Assembly: GCA_009920775.1 (NCBI GenBank)
Contig: RFZI01000001.1
Span: 1-60,604 of the forward strand
Direction of reading: 5' to 3'
Length of the DNA: 60,604 nt
Origin: Paracoccaceae bacterium
GTDB lineage: Bacteria > Pseudomonadota > Alphaproteobacteria > Rhodobacterales > Rhodobacteraceae
Shown: positions 9,386-18,781 of the stretch, one piece after another
Position numbering within the stretch: position 1 is the stretch's first letter
Layout: every line of letters starts with the position of its first letter
The notes under the pieces: model-generated
Told to the model about the DNA's origin: nothing
The model's input: the letters and a program-made list of their open reading frames with translations, nothing else
The model's database searches: none
Position numbers and translations under genes: made by a program

Positions 9386-11059
9386 ATGACCCTGTCTCCC
9401 TCGCATCTCTTTTTCTGGCTGACCGTCCTCATCTTGGGCGGTCCAGTCCTCGCCGGACTGACTGGTGTAGTGGCGGGGGCGATGGGCCATGTGCCGGGGC
9501 TGCAAAATGCGATTCCAGCTGGGGACGTTTGGGGCGCGGTCTGGAGCTGGCCCGGCATTGGCCGCTCGGTGACGCTATCGTTCTGGACCGGCCTTCTCGC
9601 CGCCCTGATCTCTCTCGCCTCGGCGACGCTCATCATGGCCGGATGGTCAGGCACCCTATCCTTCGCCCGTGCCCGCCACTGGCTCGCCCCTTTTCTCGCC
9701 GTCCCCCACGCCGCCGCCGCCTTTGGCATCGCCGTCCTCATCGCTCCCTCCGGCTGGATTGCCCGTGCGCTGTCGCCCTGGCTGAGCGGTTGGGAAAGGC
9801 CGCCCGACCTTCTGATCTTGGGCGATCCCCTCGGTCTCGCCATGGTTATTGGCCTCATCGTGAAGGAGCTACCGTTCCTTCTCCTGATGATGATCGCCGC
9901 CCTGCCACAGGCCAAGGCGGCCACTTCGATGGCGGTGGTCACCGCGCTGGGATATGGCTGCGCCCGTGGCTGGCTTCTGGCCGTATTTCCCGAGATCTAT
10001 CGGCAGATCCGCCTGCCGGTTTATGCAGTCCTGGCCTATTCGATGTCGGCTGTCGACGCTGCCCTAATCCTCGGTCCGACCACCCCGCCGCCCATCGCCA
10101 TAGTCATCCTGCGCTGGGCCGCCGACCCCGACCTTTCCCTGCGTGCCCTCGCCTCGGCAGGGGCGCTTGTGCAGCTTGGTCTCGTTCTTGTCGCGCTGGT
10201 GCTTTGGCGATTGGGTGAGATTGCTGTCGCGCAGCTTGGCCGCAGTCTTGCCGAAAGCGGCCAGCGCGGCAGCGGCAGGGCAGCGGAAATAGCCGCGGCC
10301 ACGCTCGTCGCCACATCCGGCATATTCCTCATCGCCGGCTTTGCGGTCCTCGCGCTCTGGTCGGTCGCTGGAGCGTGGCATTTCCCCGCCTTCTTGCCCG
10401 AAACCCTTAGCTTCCACGTCTGGGCCAGCCATGGCGCGGCGCTTGTCGAGACAGGCGCAGCAACCCTTCTCTTGGCCGTTGCCGTCGTGGCTCTCGCCCT
10501 CGCCCTCGCCCTCGGAAGCCTTGAGGCTAAGCCACACAGATGCCTTCTCACGGCTCTCGTCTACCTCCCCCTGATTGTCCCGCAGGTGACCTTCCTTCCT
10601 GGCCTTCAGGCCGCCTCCCTGAAGATTGGCCTCGGCAGCGGCGCCCTCCCTGTCGGCCTGATGCATCTGGTCTTTGTCCTGCCCTATCTTCTTCTGGTGC
10701 TCGCCGATCCCTTCAATGCCCTCGATCCCCGCTACCGCACTATCGCCGCTGGCCTCGGCCTTTCGCCCGCCCGTCAGTTCTGGCGCCTGCGATTGCCGCT
10801 CCTTCTCACGCCCATCGCGGGCGCTGTGGCGGTTGGCATGGCTGTTTCCATTGGTCAATACTTGCCAACCCTTCTGGCCGGCGGCGGGCGGCTTCCCACA
10901 CTTACGACCGAAGCGCTGGCGCTCGCAGCCGGAGGCGACAGGAGGGTGATCGGAGCCTATGGTCTGGCGCAGGCCGCGGCCGCGCTTGCGCCATTCGCTC
11001 TGGCGCTCGCCCTGCCTCGCAGGGTCTGGCGCAATCGGCAGGGAATGCTCCATGGCTGA
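9386..11059 (+). CDS. ynjC: ABC transporter permease, fused double domain (YnjC-like)
   Basis: 557 aa, about 12 hydrophobic segments, two EAA-like permease halves. Confidence 0.7.
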   Translation: MTLSPSHLFFWLTVLILGGPVLAGLTGVVAGAMGHVPGLQNAIPAGDVWGAVWSWPGIGRSVTLSFWTGLLAALISLASATLIMAGWSGTLSFARARHWLAPFLAVPHAAAAFGIAVLIAPSGWIARALSPWLSGWERPPDLLILGDPLGLAMVIGLIVKELPFLLLMMIAALPQAKAATSMAVVTALGYGCARGWLLAVFPEIYRQIRLPVYAVLAYSMSAVDAALILGPTTPPPIAIVILRWAADPDLSLRALASAGALVQLGLVLVALVLWRLGEIAVAQLGRSLAESGQRGSGRAAEIAAATLVATSGIFLIAGFAVLALWSVAGAWHFPAFLPETLSFHVWASHGAALVETGAATLLLAVAVVALALALALGSLEAKPHRCLLTALVYLPLIVPQVTFLPGLQAASLKIGLGSGALPVGLMHLVFVLPYLLLVLADPFNALDPRYRTIAAGLGLSPARQFWRLRLPLLLTPIAGAVAVGMAVSIGQYLPTLLAGGGRLPTLTTEALALAAGGDRRVIGAYGLAQAAAALAPFALALALPRRVWRNRQGMLHG

Positions 11060-11684
11060 ATCGTTGATCCTGAAAACCCTCACGATTTCCGCGGGCGCAA
11101 CTCCCATTGTCTCGGTCAGTCTGACCGCCGCCGCTGGCGAGATCACGACCCTTATGGGCCCCTCCGGCTCTGGCAAATCGAGCATCCTCGCGGCCATCAC
11201 CGGCACAGTTCCCGATGGCCTATTTGCCACTGGTGACATCCTTTTGGGCGGCCAAAACATCGCCACACTCCCTGGGTGGAAGCGCCATATCGGCATCCTC
11301 TATCAGGACGACCTCCTGTTCCCCCACCTCTCAGTTGGTGGCAACCTCGCGCTGGGACTCGCACCAGGCGGCAGACGGACCGAACGGCAGGGCAGGGTCA
11401 AGCGGGCGCTTTCCGAGGTCGGGCTTGAAGGCTTAGCCGCCCGTGATCCGGCGACACTTTCGGGCGGCCAAAAGGCACGGGTGGCGCTGATGCGCGTTCT
11501 TCTCTCCGAGCCTCGGGCGCTCCTGCTCGACGAGCCCTTCGGATCGCTCGACTCCGAGCTCCGGTCACAAATCCGAAGCCTAGTCTTCAATCATGCCAAG
11601 GCCCGCGGCCTGCCTACCCTTCTCGTAACCCACGATCCGCAAGACGCCGAAGCCGCAGGCGGGCCGGTGATCCGCCTGCGCTAG
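11052..11684 (+). CDS. ynjD: ABC transporter ATP-binding protein (YnjD-like)
   Basis: Start at the MAESLI ATG (11052), overlapping the ynjC stop by 8 bp. Walker A GPSGSGKSS, signature LSGGQKARV, Walker B LLLDEPF. Confidence 0.8.
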   Translation: MAESLILKTLTISAGATPIVSVSLTAAAGEITTLMGPSGSGKSSILAAITGTVPDGLFATGDILLGGQNIATLPGWKRHIGILYQDDLLFPHLSVGGNLALGLAPGGRRTERQGRVKRALSEVGLEGLAARDPATLSGGQKARVALMRVLLSEPRALLLDEPFGSLDSELRSQIRSLVFNHAKARGLPTLLVTHDPQDAEAAGGPVIRLR

Positions 11685-11751
11685 TCTAGCGTCTGCCGAT
11701 AGCGCCTGGGCGCGATCAGCACGACCACCGTAATGATGATCCCGATCCGAC

Positions 11752-12390
11752 CTAGGGCTTCAGACGGCTAGTGAATAGCTGTTCGAGATAATGTTCGGCG
11801 CCGGGAAATGGGTCTTGCCCACCTAGAACGGCCCGCACCTGAGTGTCGAAATCGGCGTAGTGTTGCGTCAGCGCCCAGATCGAGAAAATCAGGTGATAGG
11901 GATCGACTTCCTTGATCTTGCCGGCGGCGATCCAGTGTCGGATCACCTGCGCCTTCTCGTCGACCAGCGTCTTTAGATCGCCTTTCAGCGCATCCTCGAT
12001 CCGGGGTGCGCCCTGAAGGATTTCACCTGCGAAAAGGCGGCTTTCGCGGGGGAAATCCCGCGCCATGGCCAGCTTGCGTTTGACATAGTCGAGGATTTCG
12101 GGCAGCGCCTTGCCATCGTCGTTCAGCGCCCGCAGCGGATCGAGCCAGGTGTCGAGCAGGCTGTTTAGAAGCTCGAGATAGATCGCTTCCTTGGAAGGAA
12201 AATAGTAGAGCAGGTTCGGCTTCGAGAGGCCGGCCGCCTCGGCGATCTGGTCGACGGTCGAGCCGCGAAAGCCGAATTGCGAGAATACATCGAGACCCGC
12301 TTCAAGAATGGTGGAGCGGTTCTTTTCCTGAATCCTGGTCCTTGGTGCGCTCTTCGTCATGCTCAAACCTTCGTCACTTCTGCCCAACAT
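11752..12390 (-). CDS. rutR: TetR-family regulator, RutR-like pyrimidine catabolism repressor
   Basis: TetR HTH (FRGSTVDQIAEAAGLSKPNLLYYF). Divergent from the pyrimidine-degradation genes, with a perfect RutR box in the shared intergenic region. Alternative start ATG at 12360 (MTKSAPR). Confidence 0.75.
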   Translation of the reverse strand: MLGRSDEGLSMTKSAPRTRIQEKNRSTILEAGLDVFSQFGFRGSTVDQIAEAAGLSKPNLLYYFPSKEAIYLELLNSLLDTWLDPLRALNDDGKALPEILDYVKRKLAMARDFPRESRLFAGEILQGAPRIEDALKGDLKTLVDEKAQVIRHWIAAGKIKEVDPYHLIFSIWALTQHYADFDTQVRAVLGGQDPFPGAEHYLEQLFTSRLKP

Positions 12391-12474
12391 GGCGTCATCC
12401 GCGAAAGTGGCAAGCGAATTGGCCCCCGATCTCGCGGAAAACTTGACTGGTGGTTCACCTCTGCTAGCGTGCCT

Positions 12475-12490
12475 TTGACCACTTGGTCAA
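12475..12490. promoter_or_regulatory. RutR operator TTGACCAcTTGGTCAA
   Basis: Exact match to the published RutR consensus TTGACCAnnTGGTCAA. Lies between rutR and the amidohydrolase gene. A degenerate copy, TTGACTGGTGGTTCAC, is at 12443-12458. Confidence 0.75.
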
Positions 12491-12545
12491 ATCAAGCTTT
12501 TTCGCAGGCGCACCAAGATTGCCGCGACGACAGGAGGAAGGCCCG

Positions 12546-13629
12546 ATGCCCGCACCCGGAGAGAATCTGAAGATCAACGGCGAGAGGCTTTGGGATAGCC
12601 TGATGGAAATGGCCAAGATCGGCCCCGGCGTTGCAGGCGGCAACAATCGTCAGACCCTGACCGATGAGGATGGCGAAGGCCGCCACCTGTTCCAGCGCTG
12701 GTGCGAGGCCGCGGGCATGACGATGGCGGTCGACGAGATCGGCAATATGTTTGCCCGCCGCGAGGGGACCGACCCTGATGCGCTACCGGTTTATATCGGC
12801 AGCCACCTCGATACCCAGCCCACGGGCGGCAAGTATGACGGTGTTCTGGGCGTTCTCGGCGGGCTCGAAGTGATCCGCACAATGAACGACCTTGGGATCA
12901 AGACCAAGCACCCAATCGTCGTCACCAACTGGACCAATGAAGAAGGCACCCGCTTTGCCCCGGCCATGCTCGCCTCGGGCGTTTTCTCCGGCAGGCACAG
13001 CCTCGACTGGGCCTATGACCGCGTTGATGCCAAGGGCAAACGCTTTGGCGACGAGCTCGAGCGGATCGGTTGGAACGACACCCATGCATATGCGCAAGAA
13101 CGCAGGCCGCGGCCTCGCGTTAATCACCGAGCTTGTCCACGAGATCGCGATGAAAAACCAGCCGGGCGCCGTGGGCGCCATCGGCCATATCGACGTCTAT
13201 CCCAACAGCCGCAACGTGATCCCCGGCAAGGTTGTCTTTACCGTGGATATGCGCTCGCATCTGCCCGCCAAGCTGCACGGGATGGTCGACGAGCTGATGG
13301 CCCGCGCGCCGGGGGTGTGCGAGGCGATCGGCGTGGGCTTTGAGGCCAAGATCGTCGGCCAGTTCGAGCCGCCCGCTTTCGACGAAGGATGTGTCGCTGC
13401 TGTGAGAAACGCCGCCGAGCGGCTGGGCTATAGCCACATGGATATCATCTCGGGCGCCGGCCACGATGCCTGCTGGATCAACGACGTTGCGCCCACCGCG
13501 ATGATCATGTGCCCCTGTGTCGACGGGTTGTCGCATAACGAGGCCGAAGAAATCAGCCCTGATTGGGCGGCGAAGGGGACGGATGTGTTGTTCCACGCGG
13601 TGTTGGAGACAGCGGGGATCGAGAGCTAG
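12546..13629 (+). pseudogene. N-carbamoyl-beta-alanine/N-carbamoyl-amino-acid amidohydrolase (M20, beta-ureidopropionase-like), internal deletion plus frameshift
   Basis: The N-terminal part (frame of ORF 12483) reads through ..GDELERIGWN. The C-terminal part (frame of ORF 12892) resumes at ..TTPMHMRKNAGRGLALITELV. The central segment expected for the family (..HIEQGP..GxxWxxVxxxGxxAH..) is missing. Junction near 13072-13082. Confidence 0.75.
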
Positions 13630-13719
13630 GGCAGGCCCGGGGGCTAGCCCCCGGACCCCAAGAGTATTTGAGGCCAAAAGAAATAGGGGCCGAGGCCGGG
13701 CCAAGATAGGGAGAGAGCC

Positions 13720-15174
13720 ATGAGCACAGTCATCAAGAACGGCACCATCGTCACCGCCGATCTGACGTATAAGGCCGATGTCCTGATCGAGGGCGGGCGG
13801 ATTGTCGAGATCGGGCAGGGACTCAAGGGCGGCGAGGTGCTCGACGCAACGGGTTGTTATGTGATGCCGGGCGGGATTGATCCGCATACGCATCTCGAGA
13901 TGCCCTTCATGGGGACTTATTCCTCGGACGATTTCGAGAGCGGCACACGCGCGGCGCTGTCGGGCGGGACGACGATGGTGGTTGATTTCGTGCTACCGGG
14001 GCAGGGGCAGGGGCTCGTCGATGCCATGCAGATGTGGCACAACAAATCGACCCGCGCCAATTGCGACTATTCCTACCACATGGCTGTCACCTGGTGGGGC
14101 GAGAAGGTCTTCGACGAGATGGAGACCGTAGTCCGCGACAAGGGCATCAACACCTTCAAGCATTTCATGGCCTACAAGGGCGCGCTGATGGTGAACGACG
14201 ACGAGATGTATGCCTCGTTCCAGCGCCTTGGCGAATTGGGGGCGATTGCTCTCGTCCATGCCGAGAACGGCGATGTGGTGGCCGAGCTTTCGGCCAAGCT
14301 CTTGCGCGAGGGCAACACCGGCCCCGAGGCCCATGCCTATTCCCGCCCGCCGCAGGTCGAGGGTGAGGCCACAAACCGCGCCATCATGATCGCCGATATG
14401 GCAGGCGTGCCGCTTTATGTGGTGCATACATCCTGCGAAGAGGCGCATGAGGCTATCCGGCGGGCGCGGATGCAGGGCAAGCGCGTTTGGGGCGAGCCTT
14501 TGATCCAGCACCTGACGTTGGATGAGAGCGAGTATTTCCACGCCGACTGGGATCACGCGGCCCGCCGCGTGATGTCGCCCCCGTTCCGCAACAAGAAGCA
14601 TCAGGACAGCCTCTGGGCCGGCCTGCAATCGGGCAGCCTCTCGGTTGTGGCGACCGATCACTGCGCCTTTACCACCGATCAGAAGCGGTTTGGCGTGGGC
14701 GATTTCACCAAGATCCCGAATGGCACCGGCGGCCTTGAAGACCGGATGCCGATGCTCTGGACGCACGGGGTCGGCACTGGCCGCCTGACGCCCAACGAAT
14801 TTGTCGCCGTGACCTCGACCAATATCGCCAAGATCCTCAACTGCTATCCCCGCAAGGGCGCGGTTCTGGTGGGGGCGGATGCCGATCTTGTGGTCTGGGA
14901 TCCCGAGAAGGAAAAGACGATCTCCGCCAAGACCCAGCAATCGGCAATCGACTATAACGTGTTCGAGGGCCACAAGGTGAAGGGCCTGCCGCGCTTTACG
15001 CTGACCCGCGGCAAGGTCGCCGTGTATGACGGCGAGATCCGCACCGAAGAGGGCCACGGCCAGTTCGTCGCCCGCGAGCCGAATACGGCGGTGAACAAGG
15101 CGCTGAGCACCTGGAAAGAGCTGACCTCGCCGCGCCCTGTCGAGCGCAGCGGGATACCGGCGAGCGGCGTTTGA
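13720..15174 (+). CDS. dht: dihydropyrimidinase (D-hydantoinase)
   Basis: 484 aa. GGIDPHTHLEMPFMG..GGTTMVVDF..KHFMAYKGALMV..ALVHAENGD are hallmark cyclic-amidohydrolase motifs. Confidence 0.9.
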   Translation: MSTVIKNGTIVTADLTYKADVLIEGGRIVEIGQGLKGGEVLDATGCYVMPGGIDPHTHLEMPFMGTYSSDDFESGTRAALSGGTTMVVDFVLPGQGQGLVDAMQMWHNKSTRANCDYSYHMAVTWWGEKVFDEMETVVRDKGINTFKHFMAYKGALMVNDDEMYASFQRLGELGAIALVHAENGDVVAELSAKLLREGNTGPEAHAYSRPPQVEGEATNRAIMIADMAGVPLYVVHTSCEEAHEAIRRARMQGKRVWGEPLIQHLTLDESEYFHADWDHAARRVMSPPFRNKKHQDSLWAGLQSGSLSVVATDHCAFTTDQKRFGVGDFTKIPNGTGGLEDRMPMLWTHGVGTGRLTPNEFVAVTSTNIAKILNCYPRKGAVLVGADADLVVWDPEKEKTISAKTQQSAIDYNVFEGHKVKGLPRFTLTRGKVAVYDGEIRTEEGHGQFVAREPNTAVNKALSTWKELTSPRPVERSGIPASGV

Positions 15175-15204
15175 CCTGACCAAAGACCACAAGAAGAAGA
15201 CCCA

Positions 15205-15984
15205 ATGAACCAGCCCGTCATCTCTGCCTCGCACCTCGATCTGACGTTCCAGACGAACGACGGGCCGGTTCACGCGCTCCGCGATGTGTCGCTCGAGATC
15301 GGCAAGGGCGAGTTTGTCTCGTTCATCGGTCCCTCGGGCTGTGGCAAGACGACCTTTCTGCGCTGTATCGCGGGGCTGGAAGAACCGACGGGCGGGACGC
15401 TCACGGTCAATGGCCTTTCGCCGGATGCCGCCCGCCGGAGCCGCGCCTATGGCTATGTGTTTCAGGCGGCGGGCCTTTACCCGTGGCGGACCATTGGCGG
15501 CAACATCCGCCTGCCGCTCGAGATCATGGGGTTTTCCAAGGAAGAACAGGCCGAGCGGGTGAAGCGCACGCTGGAGCTCGTCGATCTTGCCGGGTTTGAG
15601 AAGAAGTTCCCGTGGCAGCTCTCGGGCGGGATGCAGCAGCGGGCCTCGATTGCGCGGGCGCTGGCGTTCGATGCCGATATCCTTCTGATGGACGAACCCT
15701 TCGGCGCGCTCGACGAGATCGTGCGCGACAGGCTGAATGAGGAGCTGTTGAAGCTCTGGGATCGCACCGGCAAGACCATCGGCTTTGTCACCCACTCGAT
15801 CCCCGAGGCGGTCTATCTCTCGACCAAGATTGTGGTGATGAGCCCGCGTCCGGGCCGGATCACCGATGTGATCGAAAGCACCCTGCCGCGCGAGCGCCCG
15901 CTCGATATCCGCGACAGCGCCGAGTTTATCGCCATCGCCCATCGCGTGCGGGATGGCCTTCGGGCGGGGCATATTGATGACTGA
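15205..15984 (+). CDS. ABC transporter ATP-binding protein (NitT/TauT family)
   Basis: Walker A GPSGCGKTT, signature LSGGMQQRASIAR, Walker B ILLMDEPF. Confidence 0.85.
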   Translation: MNQPVISASHLDLTFQTNDGPVHALRDVSLEIGKGEFVSFIGPSGCGKTTFLRCIAGLEEPTGGTLTVNGLSPDAARRSRAYGYVFQAAGLYPWRTIGGNIRLPLEIMGFSKEEQAERVKRTLELVDLAGFEKKFPWQLSGGMQQRASIARALAFDADILLMDEPFGALDEIVRDRLNEELLKLWDRTGKTIGFVTHSIPEAVYLSTKIVVMSPRPGRITDVIESTLPRERPLDIRDSAEFIAIAHRVRDGLRAGHIDD

Positions 15985-15993
15985 GGCGCGCGC

Positions 15994-16723
15994 ATGAAGG
16001 CTTTGGGCCCCATCCTCGCGGTTGTCGCGGCGATCATCGCGCTGTGGTATGCGGCGGCGGTGCCGATGAATATTCAAGAGGTGCTGACTCAGGCCGAACG
16101 GGCGGGCGCGGTTGTCGAACCCGAGGGCGCGATGAACCGGCGCGATGAGAGCCGGTTTGCGCTTGTTCTGAAGAACTCCGAGCATCTTGCCGAAAGCTGG
16201 AGCATGGAGCGGGCCCGCTATGTCGGTCATGCCTTGGGCGATTGTCAGCCAGACCATTCCCATCGTCGCTTTGGCGCCGATGATCATCGTCGTGCTCTAT
16301 TCCATCGGGGTTGAGGGGCTTTTGCCGAAGGCTGTCATTAGCGCCTATCTGAGTTTCTTCCCCGTCGTCGTTGGCATGGTGAAAGGTTTGCGTAGCCCAG
16401 ACGCCATGCAGACCGACCTTCTGCGAACCTACAACGCCAGCAAGCCACAGGCCTTCTGGATGCTGCGCCTGCCGGCTTCGGTTCCCTATCTCTTTGCCTC
16501 ACTCAAGATCGGCATCGCCGCGAGCCTCGTCGGCGCCATCGTCGGTGAGCTGCCGGTGCAGCGCGGCGGCCTCGGGGCGCGGATGCTGGGTGGAAGTTAC
16601 TACGGCCAGACCGAACAACTTTGGGCGGCGCTCTTGTTTGCCGCCGCAATGGCCGCGATCCTCGTCTGGCTGATCGGCTGGATCGAGGGCAAAACGCTGC
16701 GTCGGATGGGGGTCACGCCATGA
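15994..16723 (+). pseudogene. ABC transporter permease (NitT/TauT family) with internal deletion plus frameshift
   Basis: ORF 15994-16314 gives the N-terminal TM and periplasmic loop up to ..AESWSMER. ORF 16187-16723 in another frame resumes at ..AMSVMPWAIVSQTIPIVALAPMIIVVL. The first 2-3 TM helices of the permease core are absent. Junction near 16210-16220. Confidence 0.7.
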
Positions 16724-17565
16724 TCCTTGTTCTTGCAGCCGTGGCCGTCTGGATCTGCGCTTGGGCCTTCAATGGCTGGCTCGCCAATGGCCGCTTCTCG
16801 GGCCTTGCCTCGGTGCGCTTGGCCGTGCCGCTGATCTTTGGGGCGACGGTGATTGTCGTCTGGGAATTGATCGTGCGGGGGCTTCAGGTTCCGCCGGTGA
16901 TCCTGCCGCCGCCGAGCACCATCGTTGGAGCGTTCTTCGGCAATTTCGGCATCCTCTGGCCGGATTTCGTCCAGACCTTCGCCAAGGGGGCGCTGGGCGG
17001 CTATGTCATCGGCTGCGGCTCGGCGCTTCTGACCGCGATCCTTGTGGATCGCTACGATTTCCTGCGCCGCGGGCTTTTGCCCGTGGGCAACTTCATGGCC
17101 GCGCTGCCCATCGTCGGCACCGCGCCGATCCTTGTGATGTGGTTCGGCTTCGACTGGCAGTCAAAGGCCGCCGTGGTTGTCGTCATGGTGTTCTTTCCGA
17201 TGCTGGTGAACACGGTCGCGGGCCTGCGCGACACGAGCGCCATGCAACGCGATCTGATGCGGACCTATGGGGCAAGTTATTGGCAGACGCTGTTCAAGCT
17301 TCGCTTCCCCGCCGCGCTGCCGTTCATTTTCAACGGCCTCAAGATCGCCACTACGCTCGCCTTGATCGGTGCTATCGTGGCGGAGTTCTTCGGCTCTCCG
17401 ACTCGGGGCCTCGGGTTTCGGATCTCGACCTCGGTCGGCACGCTGGCGCTCGACATGGTCTGGGCGGTGATCGTCGTCGCGGCCCTGACCGGAACAGCAT
17501 TTTACGGAGCAGTCGCGTGGCTCGAGCGGCGGATGACCTTCTGGCATCCCTCGCAACGCAAATAA
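16720..17565 (+). CDS. ABC transporter permease (NitT/TauT family), second subunit
   Basis: Start at MILVLAAV (ATG 16720, ATGA overlap with the previous stop). 281 aa, 6 TM, EAA-like loop TSAMQRDLMRTYGAS. Confidence 0.8.
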   Translation: MILVLAAVAVWICAWAFNGWLANGRFSGLASVRLAVPLIFGATVIVVWELIVRGLQVPPVILPPPSTIVGAFFGNFGILWPDFVQTFAKGALGGYVIGCGSALLTAILVDRYDFLRRGLLPVGNFMAALPIVGTAPILVMWFGFDWQSKAAVVVVMVFFPMLVNTVAGLRDTSAMQRDLMRTYGASYWQTLFKLRFPAALPFIFNGLKIATTLALIGAIVAEFFGSPTRGLGFRISTSVGTLALDMVWAVIVVAALTGTAFYGAVAWLERRMTFWHPSQRK

Positions 17566-17625
17566 GAATACCGGCCGCCAAAAAGGCCGGAGGTACCAAG
17601 CAAACCTGACAAGGAGGTCAGACAA

Positions 17626-18609
17626 ATGAAGAAGTTGGTAAGCACGGCGGCCCTTGCTGCCGTATTGGGCGCCCCGGCATGGGCGGCCGACGATGTGACG
17701 CTTCAGCTGAAGTGGGTCACGCAGGCTCAGTTTGCCGGATATTATGTGGCGCTGGATCAGGGCTTCTATGAAGAGGAAGATCTGAACGTAAAGATCCTCG
17801 CCGGTGGCCCCGACATTGCGCCGGGTCAGGTTCTGGCCGGTGGCGGCGCGGATGTGATGATCGACTGGCTCCCCTCGGCCCTTGCGGCGCGTGAAAAGGG
17901 CTTGCCGATCGTCAACATCGCCCAGCCGTTCAAAACCTCGGGCCTGATGCTCACCTGCTGGAAAGACACCGGCATCACCGGACCGCAGGATTTCCGCGGC
18001 AAGACCATCGGCGTCTGGTTCTTTGGTAACGAGTATCCGTTCCTGAGCTGGATGAGCCAGGAAGGCATTCCGACCGATGGCGGCGAGAATGGCGTGACGG
18101 TTCTTAAGCAAGGCTTCAACGTCGATCCGCTTCTGCAGCGGCAGGCCGACTGTATCTCGACCATGACCTACAACGAGTTTGGTCAGGTTCTGGATGCGGG
18201 CGTGAGCACGGATGAGCTCGTGACCTTCAAGTATGAGGATGTGGGCGTGGCCACGCTCGAGGACGGCCTCTATGTTCTTGAGAGCAACCTTGCCGATGCC
18301 GATTTTGCCGATCGCATGGTGCGTTTCGTGCGTGCCTCGATGAAGGGCTGGAAATGGGCCGAAGAGAATCCCGAGGATGCGGCGATGATCGTTCTTGATA
18401 ACGATGATACTGGCGCCCAGACCGAGGCGCATCAGGTCCGCATGATGGGCGAGATTGCCAAGCTCACCGCCGGCTCGAACGGCGCGCTGGACGAGGCGGA
18501 TTACAACCGCACCGTCCAGACGCTTCTGGCGGGTGGTTCGGACCCTGTCATCACTGCTGAGCCGGTTGGCGCCTGGACCCATGCCATCACCGACGCCGCT
18601 CTGAACTAG
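17626..18609 (+). CDS. ABC transporter substrate-binding protein (NMT1/THI5-like)
   Basis: 327 aa. Signal peptide MKKLVSTAALAAVLGAPAWA, then LQLKWVTQAQFAGYYVA typical of NMT1/SsuA-like binding proteins. AAGGAGG RBS. Confidence 0.8.
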   Translation: MKKLVSTAALAAVLGAPAWAADDVTLQLKWVTQAQFAGYYVALDQGFYEEEDLNVKILAGGPDIAPGQVLAGGGADVMIDWLPSALAAREKGLPIVNIAQPFKTSGLMLTCWKDTGITGPQDFRGKTIGVWFFGNEYPFLSWMSQEGIPTDGGENGVTVLKQGFNVDPLLQRQADCISTMTYNEFGQVLDAGVSTDELVTFKYEDVGVATLEDGLYVLESNLADADFADRMVRFVRASMKGWKWAEENPEDAAMIVLDNDDTGAQTEAHQVRMMGEIAKLTAGSNGALDEADYNRTVQTLLAGGSDPVITAEPVGAWTHAITDAALN

Positions 18610-18627
18610 GACAGTTATACCTAGAGG

Positions 18628-18661
18628 AAACGCCCCGTGCTCGTGCGGGGCGTTTTCGTTT
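18628..18661 (+). terminator. rho-independent terminator after the ABC importer operon
   Basis: AAACGCCCCG-tgctcgtg-CGGGGCGTTT perfect 10-bp stem followed by TCGTTT. Confidence 0.75.
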
Positions 18662-18781
18662 GGATCGCCTGCGTCGATCCAAAGGCCTCCGGCGGGAGTA
18701 TTTTGGGCCAAAAGAAAGGTTTTGGTTGTCGGAGCCGCAAGCGGCTGTATGGAGAGCGGGCGAACAGGAGCGGAGTTTCCC

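Noticed and set aside
13993-16287. 764-aa minus-strand ORF spanning the dihydropyrimidinase and ABC genes
   Set aside because: It is antisense to well-supported plus-strand genes with clear family motifs. Its translation is Arg/Ala/Gly/His-rich with no recognisable domain, the typical high-GC shadow ORF. The same applies to 108-956(+), 5843-7051(+), 10064-11296(-), 17161-18783(-), 18587-19831(-), 26099-27553(+), 30680-32269(-), 32059-33408(-), 37813-39630(-), 50381-52549(-), 52171-53793(+), 53748-54968(-), 54851-56275(-) and 57744-58772(-).
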